Part shown: positions 18,565 to 26,979 of the stretch, piece by piece | How positions within the stretch are numbered: the first letter of the stretch is position 1 | Layout: each line of letters opens with the position of its first letter | Assembly (NCBI GenBank): GCA_964506755.1 | Contig: CAZDMH010000022.1 | Coordinates: 1,253-65,252 of the forward strand | Reading direction: 5' to 3' | DNA length: 64,000 nucleotides | DNA from: an uncultured Spirochaetales bacterium | GTDB taxonomy: Bacteria; Spirochaetota; Spirochaetia; DAHUYW01 | The notes under the pieces: model-generated | Told to the model about the DNA's origin: nothing | What the model saw: the letters and a program-made list of their open reading frames with translations, nothing else | Databases searched by the model: none | Program-made: the position numbers and the translations under genes

Positions 18565-18636
18565 GAACGTAGGTCGTATTCAGGTGTAAGCTCGCCGTTG
18601 TACGGATCCTATTTCGGGAGTGTAAGGAGGTGCGCG

Positions 18637-19050
18637 GTGGCACAGATCTATTTCCTTTCGGTCATAGTCAATATCGTTGCAGGGCTGACCCTCGCCGGAG
18701 ATTACCTCGGAGAACGGATCGCATTCCTCGCTCCATTCAAGGATCTACGATCCAACCGCGTCGCAGTCACCATCGTCGCGGGGCTTGCGCTCGTGGTGGG
18801 CATTCTGAAGCTGATCGTCCTTTCCCCTGGGGAAACGGTACCGTTTGCCGGAGATCTCCTTCCCGGGCTCGCGGGGCTCGTCATGGGCGGATTGCTGGCG
18901 GTGGAAGCCTATCGTCCTCAAGCTGCAGTTCAAGGTGAAGCGATTGAGCGAATCTCGAAGACGGTGCTTACCTATAGAGTCCCGTTGGGAATCGCAGGCG
19001 TCGCGATTGCGGTGGCGCAATTCCTTTTTCCCGGTGTGATTATCCTCTGA
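18637..19050 (+). CDS. Small integral membrane protein (hypothetical, about 4 TM helices)
   Basis: The track ORF starts at 18598. AAGGAGG (18624..18630) followed 6 nt later by in-frame GTG 18637 gives VAQIYFLSVIVNIVAGLTLAG... The protein is hydrophobic throughout. Confidence 0.65.
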   Translation: MAQIYFLSVIVNIVAGLTLAGDYLGERIAFLAPFKDLRSNRVAVTIVAGLALVVGILKLIVLSPGETVPFAGDLLPGLAGLVMGGLLAVEAYRPQAAVQGEAIERISKTVLTYRVPLGIAGVAIAVAQFLFPGVIIL

Positions 19051-19115
19051 CGCTTCACGTTTCGCTGCGCCCCGCCGGCACCGTTCGGTTCAATGCCGAA
19101 CATAGATGAGCGGTC

Positions 19116-19898
19116 TCAGGAGGACGGAGGCTCCGCGGCAAGTATGCTGTGTCCGGCGTCGACGAAAACCACTTGGCCGGTTACGTTTCTCGCCATCTCG
19201 GAGGACAGCCACACGGCTGCGTTCCCCAGATCGTTTATGTCGATGTTCCGCCCCAGGGGCGTGGATGAAGCGAACCGTGAGTAGGCGGCCCGGAAACCCG
19301 GGACTCCGGCCGCAGCAAGGGTTCGAACCGGACCGGCGGAAATTGCATTCACCCGAACGTCCCGGGCGCCGAGCTCAGCGGCAAGATAGCGAACGCTCGC
19401 TTCGAGCGCCGCCTTCGCAACCCCCATTACCCGGTAGCCGGAAGCAACCTTCTCTCCACCGTAGTAGGTGAGCGTCAACACCGAGCCGCCTTCGGACATC
19501 AGGGGAAGAGCCGCCCGGGTGAGCGCCACGAGCGAGTAGGCGCTTACCTCCATAGCTATTCGAAAACCGGAACGGCTGGTCTTCACGAAATCGCCCGCGA
19601 GGTCCTCTCGCGGCGCATAGGCGACGGCATGAACGAGAATGTCGATTCTGCCGATCCTCTCCCTCACCTGAGAGAAGAGGCTGTTGATCTGCTCGTCGTC
19701 TGAAACGTCGCACTTCTCGACGAATGTAGCTCCGAGGCTGGCCGCAAGCGGGCGAACCCGTCGCTCGAGCGGATCGGCCGCGTACGAGAAGGCGACCTCC
19801 GCTCCGTGTTCGTGCAGCGATCGCGTTATCCCCCAGGCAATCGAGCGGTCATTTGCGACTCCGAAAATGAGTGCCTTCTTCCCTTCGACAAGTCTCAT
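19116..19898 (-). CDS. fabI: Enoyl-ACP reductase (FabI type)
   Basis: ATG 19898 follows GGAGGTG and gives MRLVEGKKALIFGVANDRSIAWGI. The FabI catalytic region is TYYGGEKVASGYRVMGVAKAALEA. The track ORF extends to 19994. Confidence 0.92.
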   Translation of the reverse strand: MRLVEGKKALIFGVANDRSIAWGITRSLHEHGAEVAFSYAADPLERRVRPLAASLGATFVEKCDVSDDEQINSLFSQVRERIGRIDILVHAVAYAPREDLAGDFVKTSRSGFRIAMEVSAYSLVALTRAALPLMSEGGSVLTLTYYGGEKVASGYRVMGVAKAALEASVRYLAAELGARDVRVNAISAGPVRTLAAAGVPGFRAAYSRFASSTPLGRNIDINDLGNAAVWLSSEMARNVTGQVVFVDAGHSILAAEPPSS

Positions 19899-20019
19899 CT
19901 GTTCACCTCCAGAAGTTCCGCCATCTACCGGTTGTTTCATAGCCAGCAATTGTATATCATGACGGCGAAGGTAATGAACCGCCAGCCTAAGCATCTGACG
20001 GTCCGGCCGGGAGAGGACT

Positions 20020-20769
20020 ATGGCAGAGCTTCAGGGTAAAGTTGCACTCGTGACGGGTGGAAGCAGAGGGATCGGTCGCGCAATCGTATCCGCTCTGTCC
20101 GAGGCCGACGCGGATGTGGCCTTCTGCTACCGACAGAACGCCGATGCTGCAGCCGCAGTCTGCGCCGAAATACGAGAAGAGACCGGCAAGAATGTGTTCT
20201 CCATAGCGGCCGACATCACCAACCCTGAGGACCGCAAACGGCTCGTCGATGAGGTGCGTGAGCGACTTGGCGCTGTCGATGTGCTGGTGAACAACGCGGG
20301 AACCACCGATGACGGGCTTGCGGTGCGAATGACCGACGCCTGGGAGCGCTTGCTCGACCTGGATCTCACCGCACCCTTTCGTCTATCCCAGCTCGTCATT
20401 CCTCTCATGCTCAAACATTCTTGGGGGCGAATAATCAATATCGGCAGTATTGCCTCCCGAGTAGGCCTTCCGGGCCAAGTCAACTACTCCGCGGCAAAGG
20501 CCGGATTGGAGGGTATGACCCGCTCCCTCGCCCAGGAATACGGGAAACGGGGGATCACGGTCAATACGGTGAATCCGGGCTTCATCGAGACCGACCTCAC
20601 AGAGGCCGTAGATGACTTCGTCCGCCGCTACGTAACCGAGCACTCTTCAATCGGTCGATATGTCACACCGGAAGCGATAGCGAGCACAGTTCGCTTTCTT
20701 GCGTCGAATGCGGCGTGGGCTTTGACGGGCCAGACAATCAACGTGGACGGGGGACTCGTAAAGCTATGA
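20020..20769 (+). CDS. fabG: 3-oxoacyl-ACP reductase
   Basis: 249-aa classical SDR with TGGSRGIGRAI, NNAG and YSAAKAG. Confidence 0.9.
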   Translation: MAELQGKVALVTGGSRGIGRAIVSALSEADADVAFCYRQNADAAAAVCAEIREETGKNVFSIAADITNPEDRKRLVDEVRERLGAVDVLVNNAGTTDDGLAVRMTDAWERLLDLDLTAPFRLSQLVIPLMLKHSWGRIINIGSIASRVGLPGQVNYSAAKAGLEGMTRSLAQEYGKRGITVNTVNPGFIETDLTEAVDDFVRRYVTEHSSIGRYVTPEAIASTVRFLASNAAWALTGQTINVDGGLVKL

Positions 20770-20842
20770 CGAAGAGCTCTGAGGAATTTCCAGGAATCAT
20801 CCCGAAACGCGGCCAAGCCGCACCGAAAGAAAGGAGCCACTG

Positions 20843-22096
20843 ATGAGAAAGCGTGTTGTTGTAACTGGGGTTGGAAGCATAAATCCCGTCGGCCTGTCGA
20901 CGAAGCAAACCTGGGACAATCTGATTGCGGGCAAGAGCGGTATTGGAAGAATCCAGGCTTTCGACCCGGAGGAGTGGCAGCTGAAGACCCACGTCGCCGG
21001 TGAGGCAACGGACTTCGATCCAACTTCCTTCGTCGACGGAAAGGAGGCCCGCAAGCTTGACCGTTTTAGCCAGATGGCGTTGGGTGCGGCAATAGAGGCG
21101 GTCCAACAGTCCGGCTTGCAGATCGATGGAGACCTTCGGTATGAGGTCGGCACCATCATTGCCAGCGGGATCGGTGGAGCGATCACTCTCGTAAATCAGG
21201 CACAGGTCCTTCTGGAGAAAGGCGCACGACGGGTCAATCCGTTTACCGTGCCGATGCTGATGCCCAACGCGGCCTCCGGGGTGGTGTCGATACGGTTCAG
21301 CGCGCTCGGGCCAAGCTATGCCACCGTTTCGGCCTGCGCCTCCGCCACCGACGCAATCGGCAACGCCCTCGACATGATTCGAAGCGGCAGGGCAAAGGCG
21401 GTGATAGCGGGAGGCAGCGAGGCGGCTATTCTGCCGATCTGTATTGCCGGATTCGAACAGGCGCATGCGCTGTGCACGGATTCCAACGATAAGCCCGAAA
21501 AAGCGTCCCGGCCCTTCGATGCAACACGGAGCGGCTTCGTACTGGCCGAAGGTGCGGGAATCCTCGTCCTCGAAGAGGAGGAGCTCGCCCGTTCACGCGG
21601 GGCCCGCATCCTGGCGGAGCTCGCCGGGTGGGGATCGGCGGCGGACGGTTATCATATTACCGCGCCTGAACCCGAAGGCGGCGGAGGTACGCGGGCGGTA
21701 AGGGCTGCTCTCGCAGATGGGGAGGTCGATACGGGCGAAGTCGTCTACATCAACGCTCACGGCACATCGACCCAACTCAACGACAAGGTGGAGACCCTGA
21801 TAATCAAGAAGGTCTTTGGTGACCAGGCATACAAAATACCGGTCAGCTCGACAAAGTCGATGACGGGCCACCTGGGTGGGGCGGCAGGTGCCGTGGAAGC
21901 GGTTGTATGTGTAAAGGCGGTCGAAACCGGCTGGGCGCCCCCCACAATCAACTACGAGAATGTCGATCCGGAATGTGACCTCGACTACATTCCGGGCAAG
22001 GCTCGGCAAATCGGGACGGGCGTGGTTCTCTCCAACTCCTTCGGTTTTGGAGGACACAGCTCTTGCCTGGCCTTCAGACCCTACACCGCGCAGTAG
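20843..22096 (+). CDS. fabF: 3-oxoacyl-ACP synthase II
   Basis: 417 aa with a KAS Cys-His-His set: TVSACASATDAIG, INAHGTST, KSMTGHLGGAAG. Confidence 0.93.
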   Translation: MRKRVVVTGVGSINPVGLSTKQTWDNLIAGKSGIGRIQAFDPEEWQLKTHVAGEATDFDPTSFVDGKEARKLDRFSQMALGAAIEAVQQSGLQIDGDLRYEVGTIIASGIGGAITLVNQAQVLLEKGARRVNPFTVPMLMPNAASGVVSIRFSALGPSYATVSACASATDAIGNALDMIRSGRAKAVIAGGSEAAILPICIAGFEQAHALCTDSNDKPEKASRPFDATRSGFVLAEGAGILVLEEEELARSRGARILAELAGWGSAADGYHITAPEPEGGGGTRAVRAALADGEVDTGEVVYINAHGTSTQLNDKVETLIIKKVFGDQAYKIPVSSTKSMTGHLGGAAGAVEAVVCVKAVETGWAPPTINYENVDPECDLDYIPGKARQIGTGVVLSNSFGFGGHSSCLAFRPYTAQ

Positions 22097-22145
22097 GGGG
22101 ACAAAGAGCAGACGGGCGCCGAGCCGTCAATTGCGGAGGTAACGC

Positions 22146-23012
22146 ATGGAAGACAATTCGGAAGACTATGGATACGAGCCGTTCGCACAGACCCAAGAAT
22201 ACCGGGCGGTGAATGAGACCATCGTGCGCAACTGGGTAGCCAAGATGCGCGCGGCCGGCAACCGAAGCCTCAAGCGGGTTCTCGATCTCGCGACGGGAGT
22301 CGGCACCATGACCCAGCTCCTTCTCGAGGCGATACCGGGAGGCGAGCTCCCGGAGGAGGTTGTCTGCGTCGATATGAACGCTCGAGCCCTGGAAGAGGCG
22401 GAGAGGAATCTCAAAGGGCGGGTGCGAAATCTAAGATTGGTGCACGCCACGCTTCAGGCGCTGTCGCTGGAGGTGGAGAGCGTTGATGCCGCGATTTGGG
22501 GGAACGGAATACACTATTTGAGCGCGGAGGAGCAGGAGGCGGCCTGCAGGAACATCCGGCGCACGGTGAAGAAGAAGGGGTGGTTCTTCTTCAACTCCGC
22601 CTTCTACGAAGAGGCCCGGCCGACCAACACACTGTCCTTCTATCGATCGCAGATCGCAACGGCAGTCAGGAAGCTGCGCTCGCTCGGCATCTCTCGGAAT
22701 CGCGATCAGCTTCACCCCGATTCCGCCAACTTTCTCCCGCTCTCACACTACGAGCAGCTCCTGCAGAAGGCGGGCTTCGAGGTGGAAGCGATGGAACAGA
22801 TTGGAGCACGGCTGTATCGGTCTGCATTGGAGAAGATCAGCGGATTCTCCCAGTACGCCGCCGGAGCCCTCCACGGTTATCCCCCGCAAGCGGCGGCGGT
22901 GGCGATGCGGGAAGCCGTTGCACCAAGCCTCGAGGAGTACGGCGAACGAGACGAACACGACGAGCCCTACATTGCCAGAAACTGGCTCTCCGCGATCGCC
23001 CGAGCGATCTGA
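22146..23012 (+). CDS. Class I SAM-dependent methyltransferase (substrate unknown)
   Basis: 288 aa with motif I VLDLATGVGTMT, an acidic loop VCVDMN and motif IV-like AIWGNGIHYL. It lies 49 nt downstream of fabF on the same strand. Confidence 0.8.
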   Translation: MEDNSEDYGYEPFAQTQEYRAVNETIVRNWVAKMRAAGNRSLKRVLDLATGVGTMTQLLLEAIPGGELPEEVVCVDMNARALEEAERNLKGRVRNLRLVHATLQALSLEVESVDAAIWGNGIHYLSAEEQEAACRNIRRTVKKKGWFFFNSAFYEEARPTNTLSFYRSQIATAVRKLRSLGISRNRDQLHPDSANFLPLSHYEQLLQKAGFEVEAMEQIGARLYRSALEKISGFSQYAAGALHGYPPQAAAVAMREAVAPSLEEYGERDEHDEPYIARNWLSAIARAI

Positions 23013-23113
23013 CCCGGCCGACGACGTCGCACTGGCCGGCCTCCGGTTTGCCCGGTGGAGCATAATCGCGCACGGCGCCTCTCCTGCGCTCGGGTCGTTC
23101 CATCGGGTGGCAT

Positions 23114-23533
23114 CTAGTCTTTGCTACGGGATTTCTTTTTGCGGCCAATCCTGGTCGAAGCTTTCGCGGTTCCTCCACTCGAGTGCTGCGCCTCGTTTCG
23201 CTCCGCGTCCGCCACGTGATCGGCGCCCCCCCGCTGCTGATCGGCCTGCGCGGCTACCGACTCTTCTCGCTCCTTGAGCTGAGCCTCTTTCTCTTTGAGA
23301 CCCTGTCCCGTCTTCTTCTGTTTTGTCCTTCGCCGTTTGTCGATCAGGTTAATGAGAAATAGGACACCCGAATACACGATTCCAAGTATGAAACCGGCAA
23401 TGGCGATGACGATGACCGAAACGTTCTCCAGTCGTGCACCGAAAAGGTTTATCGTGCTTTTGTAGTCGACATTCAGAATAATGAGGATCGCCAGAGCGAC
23501 GAGCGTGACGATACCGACGATGAGCTTTGACAT
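23114..23533 (-). CDS. Small membrane protein, LapA/DUF1049-like topology with a charged C-terminal tail
   Basis: 139 aa with two TM helices (LIVGIVTLVALAILIIL; VIVIAIAGFILGIVYSGVLFLI). A Lys/Arg/Glu-rich tail follows. An AAGGAGG SD precedes the ATG. Confidence 0.7.
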   Translation of the reverse strand: MSKLIVGIVTLVALAILIILNVDYKSTINLFGARLENVSVIVIAIAGFILGIVYSGVLFLINLIDKRRRTKQKKTGQGLKEKEAQLKEREESVAAQADQQRGGADHVADAERNEAQHSSGGTAKASTRIGRKKKSRSKD

Positions 23534-23578
23534 GGACCTACCTCCTTATTGACCTATCTCGCCTCTCAATACTTGCAG

Positions 23579-24448
23579 TCACTCCGCTGTCTTATCTTCG
23601 CCCGCCTCATGAACGTCGAGGAAAGCCTCCTTGGGTTTGAGCGTCGTGTCGGAGTACATCCTTGCCGTGAGCCCGGGATCCCTGTGACCAAGGCCGGCGG
23701 CAACTGCTGCGACGGCTTTGCCTCGTTGAATCTGAATCATCGCCCAAGTGTGCCGCAGTTGCTGTGCCGTCACCTCCCGGCCGATGGTCTTCAGAGCCTC
23801 GTACTTGATCCTATTCGTCACGGACACCCGGTTGAAAAGTTTCCCGTCGTGTTCGAAGAGATGGGTCGATCCGTGAAAATGCTTGCGCACACGGTCGATA
23901 AAGCTGTTCTTCGCGTGGACCACTCTTTCTTGGTGCCCCTTGCCGACGATCCGTATCTCGACGTAGTGTTCGTCCGACGGCCGGAGGTCCGAAAGCCGGA
24001 TACCCAACATCTCAGAGACGCGCACCCCCGTACCGACAAGAAATCGTACCATCAGACTGACCGTGCGGTCTTTGGTCTTGCTGATCAGCAGCTTGACCTC
24101 ATCAACGCTCAAGATTTTTTCCGGCGGGATCGCAAGTGTCTCGATTCGCTTCGGCTTCACTCCCTTCAGCACCTCTTCCAGCTGGTACTTCTTGCGCAAG
24201 CTGGCGGCGGCGGAGCTATGTCTGAAGGCATAGCGAATTCTGCTCTTGGCGGCCGCAATCTTCCGGTTAATCGTTGCGGGGCTGTAGCGCTTTCCGTTGT
24301 GTTCTTCATCCAGCCAGGCGGCGTAAGCCTTGAGGGCCTCCACCAGGAGCAGCTCCCGTTCCTTCATGAACTCGATAAATTGCTTCACGTCGAGTCGATA
24401 TGCATCGTGAATGGCATCGAGCTCCTTGAGGAGTCTGTCTTGTTCCAT
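23579..24448 (-). CDS. Tyrosine site-specific recombinase (Xer/phage-integrase family)
   Basis: ATG 24448 follows GGAGAGGTGGG. Catalytic residues are R (GTGVRVSEMLG), K (VGKGHQER), R-H (QQLRHTWA), H (GLGHRD) and Y (ARMYSD). The first His of HxxR is Gln here. The equal-length antisense ORF 23549..24478 is rejected. Confidence 0.88.
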   Translation of the reverse strand: MEQDRLLKELDAIHDAYRLDVKQFIEFMKERELLLVEALKAYAAWLDEEHNGKRYSPATINRKIAAAKSRIRYAFRHSSAAASLRKKYQLEEVLKGVKPKRIETLAIPPEKILSVDEVKLLISKTKDRTVSLMVRFLVGTGVRVSEMLGIRLSDLRPSDEHYVEIRIVGKGHQERVVHAKNSFIDRVRKHFHGSTHLFEHDGKLFNRVSVTNRIKYEALKTIGREVTAQQLRHTWAMIQIQRGKAVAAVAAGLGHRDPGLTARMYSDTTLKPKEAFLDVHEAGEDKTAE

Positions 24449-24572
24449 ATTTCTTCCCACCTCTCCGTCCGGCGTTGAAACGCCCGCCCCGGTGCGTGGC
24501 GACAACACTGTTATTTAGTAAGGTAACAGATAAATATCTTCAAATCAAGCAGGGGACGGCAGGTGCCTCGAC

Positions 24573-26153
24573 TCAGTAGGTGAAGGCGTAAAGCGCTGTA
24601 ACTTCCGCGGGTGTGAGGACCCGGTCGTAGATCCTCAGGTCGTCCACCGTGCCCGGCCAGTAGACGCTGTTGAAGTAGCCCATCGTGAGGCCGCTTGGCG
24701 TGATCGTACCGCTGTTGCTGCCGGTTCCGGCGAACGCTCCGTCGACGTAGAGCTGGATGGTCGTTCCATCCCAAGTGCCGACGATGAAATGCCAGGCGCC
24801 GACGAGACCGGCCACCGTGGCTCCGGCGCTGTTGGTGGTCGGTGTGCTGATGGCCAGTCCGATTTGCGTGCCTTGTTGCCAGACACCGATGCCTGCGTCG
24901 TTCGTCCTCACGAAGTAGTCGAGCCCCGGCGTACTCGTGGCGCAGTTGACCCACAGGGCCACACTCACCGTAGAGGTCGTTGGGAAGAGCCTTGGCGAGG
25001 TGGTCGCGGTAATCGTTGAGCTCACACCGTCGAATGAGTAGGCGCCGTCGGGCGACGGGGAATGGCCCGCTACCAGGCTCGCTCCATTGATGGCGGCAGT
25101 CCAGCCGTTCCCGCTCAAGTCGGGCGTGGTCGGAGAGCCGGCTATGTCTTTGAAGGGGTAGTAGAGCTGGAGGCCCGTCGTGTAGCTCTGGGTCGCCGTC
25201 GGTGAGGGTGACCATCCGGCGGTAGCAACGGTCGCCACCGCGTTGACCACCGTGTTGCCCCACAGCGTGAAGCTCGCCGTCGAATTGCCGCCCGGCGAGG
25301 AATTGGGTATTGGGGTCGTACCGTCGGTCGTGTACCACACCACCGAGCCCCCTGTCTGCGCGGTAATGGTCACCGTCTCCCCGCCGATGTAGGACCCGCT
25401 CACGATGGGCGAGACCGAGATGACCGGCGCCAGGGCCGAAAGGGTGTAGACCGCCGATACCGGGCTGGAGGTCGAGTAGTTCGTCCCGGAGGCGAGGGCC
25501 GTAAGCGTCATGGTCTTGTTCACAGTCACCGAAATCGGTGAGGTTCCCGAGAGCGTGTTGGCGCTTCCGCCGTCGACCGGAGCGCTTCCGTCGGTCGAAT
25601 ACCAGATCGTCACCCCGGGGGTCGAATCAGTGATCGTCACTGTGAAAGAGTTGTTGTAGTTGCCGGCCGGCGTATCGAATGCAGGAGTGGAGGCGGTCGT
25701 GTAGGAGATCGTCATCGTCAGTGTCGCCACGGCGCTCGGCAGCATGAGGGACTTGAGCGCGATGGCCTTTATGGTAAGCACGGTGCCGTTGCCGGCCACC
25801 GATATCGGTTGTGACGCATTGTAGAGCTTCGTTCCTACCGAGTAGGGGTTGGGTTCGCTGCCGTCGATCGTATAGTAGACCTTCGCGTCCGTCGTAGCGG
25901 AGGCGATCGAGACCAACTGGTCGAAGCTTTCAGTCGGAGAGCCCGAAACAGCGACTGAAGCACCCCCGCCGGATTGCGTGGCGGTGAAAATCGGCGTTGC
26001 AACGGGCGAAGCAGGTGTCGAATCTGCCGTCTGCACCTTCTGTACCAGATCGTTGCCGGAGGAGTAATACCCGAAGGGCGAGGGGCATCCGCTCAGCAGC
26101 ACTACCGCCAGGAGCCCCGCGGAAAATAGAACAAACGACCGTGTTGATCTCAT
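24573..26153 (-). CDS. Surface lipoprotein: tandem chitobiase-C/Fn3-like modules plus a C-terminal LamG (concanavalin-like lectin) domain
   Basis: ATG 26153 gives MRSTRSFVLFSAGLLAVVLLSGC (lipobox LSGC). Repeated motifs are KVYYTIDGSEPNP, TIWYSTDGSAP and VVWYTTDGTTP. The C-terminal LamG_3-like signature is GTVDDLRIYDRVLTPAEVTALY. Confidence 0.85.
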   Translation of the reverse strand: MRSTRSFVLFSAGLLAVVLLSGCPSPFGYYSSGNDLVQKVQTADSTPASPVATPIFTATQSGGGASVAVSGSPTESFDQLVSIASATTDAKVYYTIDGSEPNPYSVGTKLYNASQPISVAGNGTVLTIKAIALKSLMLPSAVATLTMTISYTTASTPAFDTPAGNYNNSFTVTITDSTPGVTIWYSTDGSAPVDGGSANTLSGTSPISVTVNKTMTLTALASGTNYSTSSPVSAVYTLSALAPVISVSPIVSGSYIGGETVTITAQTGGSVVWYTTDGTTPIPNSSPGGNSTASFTLWGNTVVNAVATVATAGWSPSPTATQSYTTGLQLYYPFKDIAGSPTTPDLSGNGWTAAINGASLVAGHSPSPDGAYSFDGVSSTITATTSPRLFPTTSTVSVALWVNCATSTPGLDYFVRTNDAGIGVWQQGTQIGLAISTPTTNSAGATVAGLVGAWHFIVGTWDGTTIQLYVDGAFAGTGSNSGTITPSGLTMGYFNSVYWPGTVDDLRIYDRVLTPAEVTALYAFTY

Positions 26154-26222
26154 CGTCACCGTTCCTCGAGAGGCTTCCCGGCAAGAAAGCAGCAGATGCA
26201 CCGCCCCTAATTTGTGAGAGAA

Positions 26223-26252
26223 ATTATCACATTTAATGAAAATTCTCAACAA
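26223..26252 (-). promoter_or_regulatory. Candidate promoter of the LamG lipoprotein gene in an AT-rich patch
   Basis: On the minus strand: TTGTTG (26252..26247), 18 nt, GATAAT (26228..26223) with TGT immediately upstream (extended -10 like). Confidence 0.45.
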
Positions 26253-26256
26253 TTTC

Positions 26257-26288
26257 GGAAAAGAAAAGCGGGAACTAGGAGTTCCCGC
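26257..26288 (-). terminator. Rho-independent terminator after the FMN-binding protein gene
   Basis: The minus strand reads GCGGGAACT-cct-AGTTCCCGC (26288..26268) followed by TTTTCTTTTCC. It sits 39 nt downstream of the stop at 26327. Confidence 0.75.
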
Positions 26289-26326
26289 GTCGTGTCTCTG
26301 ATTCGTTACAAGGAGGGGATACGGCG

Positions 26327-26914
26327 CTATCCGACTGCCTGAACGAGCGCCAGGTGAAGTGAAAGATGGTACGCCTCGCTCGTGAAGGTTGCGCCCGAGA
26401 CGGCGTTGACGTGTGATCCCTGCGCACGGATCGACTCCTTGATGAGCCGTGGAAGGGCGACGCTGTTGATGTATCGAGAGGTGCCGTTGTCGTTCGGGTA
26501 GGAGATGATTTTGACGTCGACCAGGTTGCCTCCCCTGACGACGGCTTGCACCTGCACGATACCGTAGTAGGCCGATTCTCGCCGACCGGTGTAGACACCG
26601 TCGATGTAACCGGTGGAAACCGGGATCTCCGGTACGCTACCCGGGACGGGGCTTGTCTGTGAGTATAGCAGGTTGGGTGAAACGGTCGAGGGTGAAGTGG
26701 CACGGTGAGACGCAGTCACCCCCTGAGCGGTCGTCTTGGGAAAGTAGATCGCGTAAGATCCCCGGGTGTATCCGCCCGACGGTTGCAGGTTGGCCAACTG
26801 CGGTGCCGGTCGTGCGGACCCGGCGAATGCGGTGGTCAGATATCCGTACGCTCCGAAGGAAACCCCCGCGACGAGGGTGACGATTGCGAAAAGTCGTTGG
26901 TTGATACGTTTCAT
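26327..26914 (-). CDS. Membrane-anchored FMN-binding (FMN_bind) domain protein
   Basis: GGAGG followed 5 nt later by ATG 26914 (the track starts at TTG 26917). It has an N-terminal TM helix and the C-terminal FMN_bind signature NAVSGATFTSEAY. Confidence 0.85.
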   Translation of the reverse strand: MKRINQRLFAIVTLVAGVSFGAYGYLTTAFAGSARPAPQLANLQPSGGYTRGSYAIYFPKTTAQGVTASHRATSPSTVSPNLLYSQTSPVPGSVPEIPVSTGYIDGVYTGRRESAYYGIVQVQAVVRGGNLVDVKIISYPNDNGTSRYINSVALPRLIKESIRAQGSHVNAVSGATFTSEAYHLSLHLALVQAVG

Positions 26915-26979
26915 CAAAGCCTCCGCGATGACCTTCGGCGGCCAACATGAAAGTTCTATGAAGCGGCAGCTGCTGGTTC

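Noticed and set aside
22146-23012. Calling the methyltransferase BioC (malonyl-ACP O-methyltransferase)
   Set aside because: The only support is proximity to fabF. No bioH, bioF, bioA, bioD or bioB is nearby, and the 288-aa sequence has no BioC-specific feature I can recognise.
23549-24478. 309-aa plus-strand ORF of the same length as the recombinase ORF
   Set aside because: The minus-strand product carries the ordered R-K-R-H-Y tyrosine-recombinase residues and an SD-ATG. The plus-strand product has no recognisable features.
26213-26231. CRP/cAMP receptor binding site, tempting because a class III cyclase is in the window
   Set aside because: The half-sites match TGTGA/TCACA, but the spacer is 9 nt rather than the 6 nt required by CRP. 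No crp-like gene is in the window.
24449-26260. Invertible promoter (phase-variation switch) for the LamG lipoprotein controlled by the adjacent recombinase
   Set aside because: Visual comparison of the two AT-rich intergenic patches found no inverted repeats flanking the promoter region, only a local CTGTTA..TAACAG hairpin at about 24512..24533. This needs a computational repeat search to exclude it fully.
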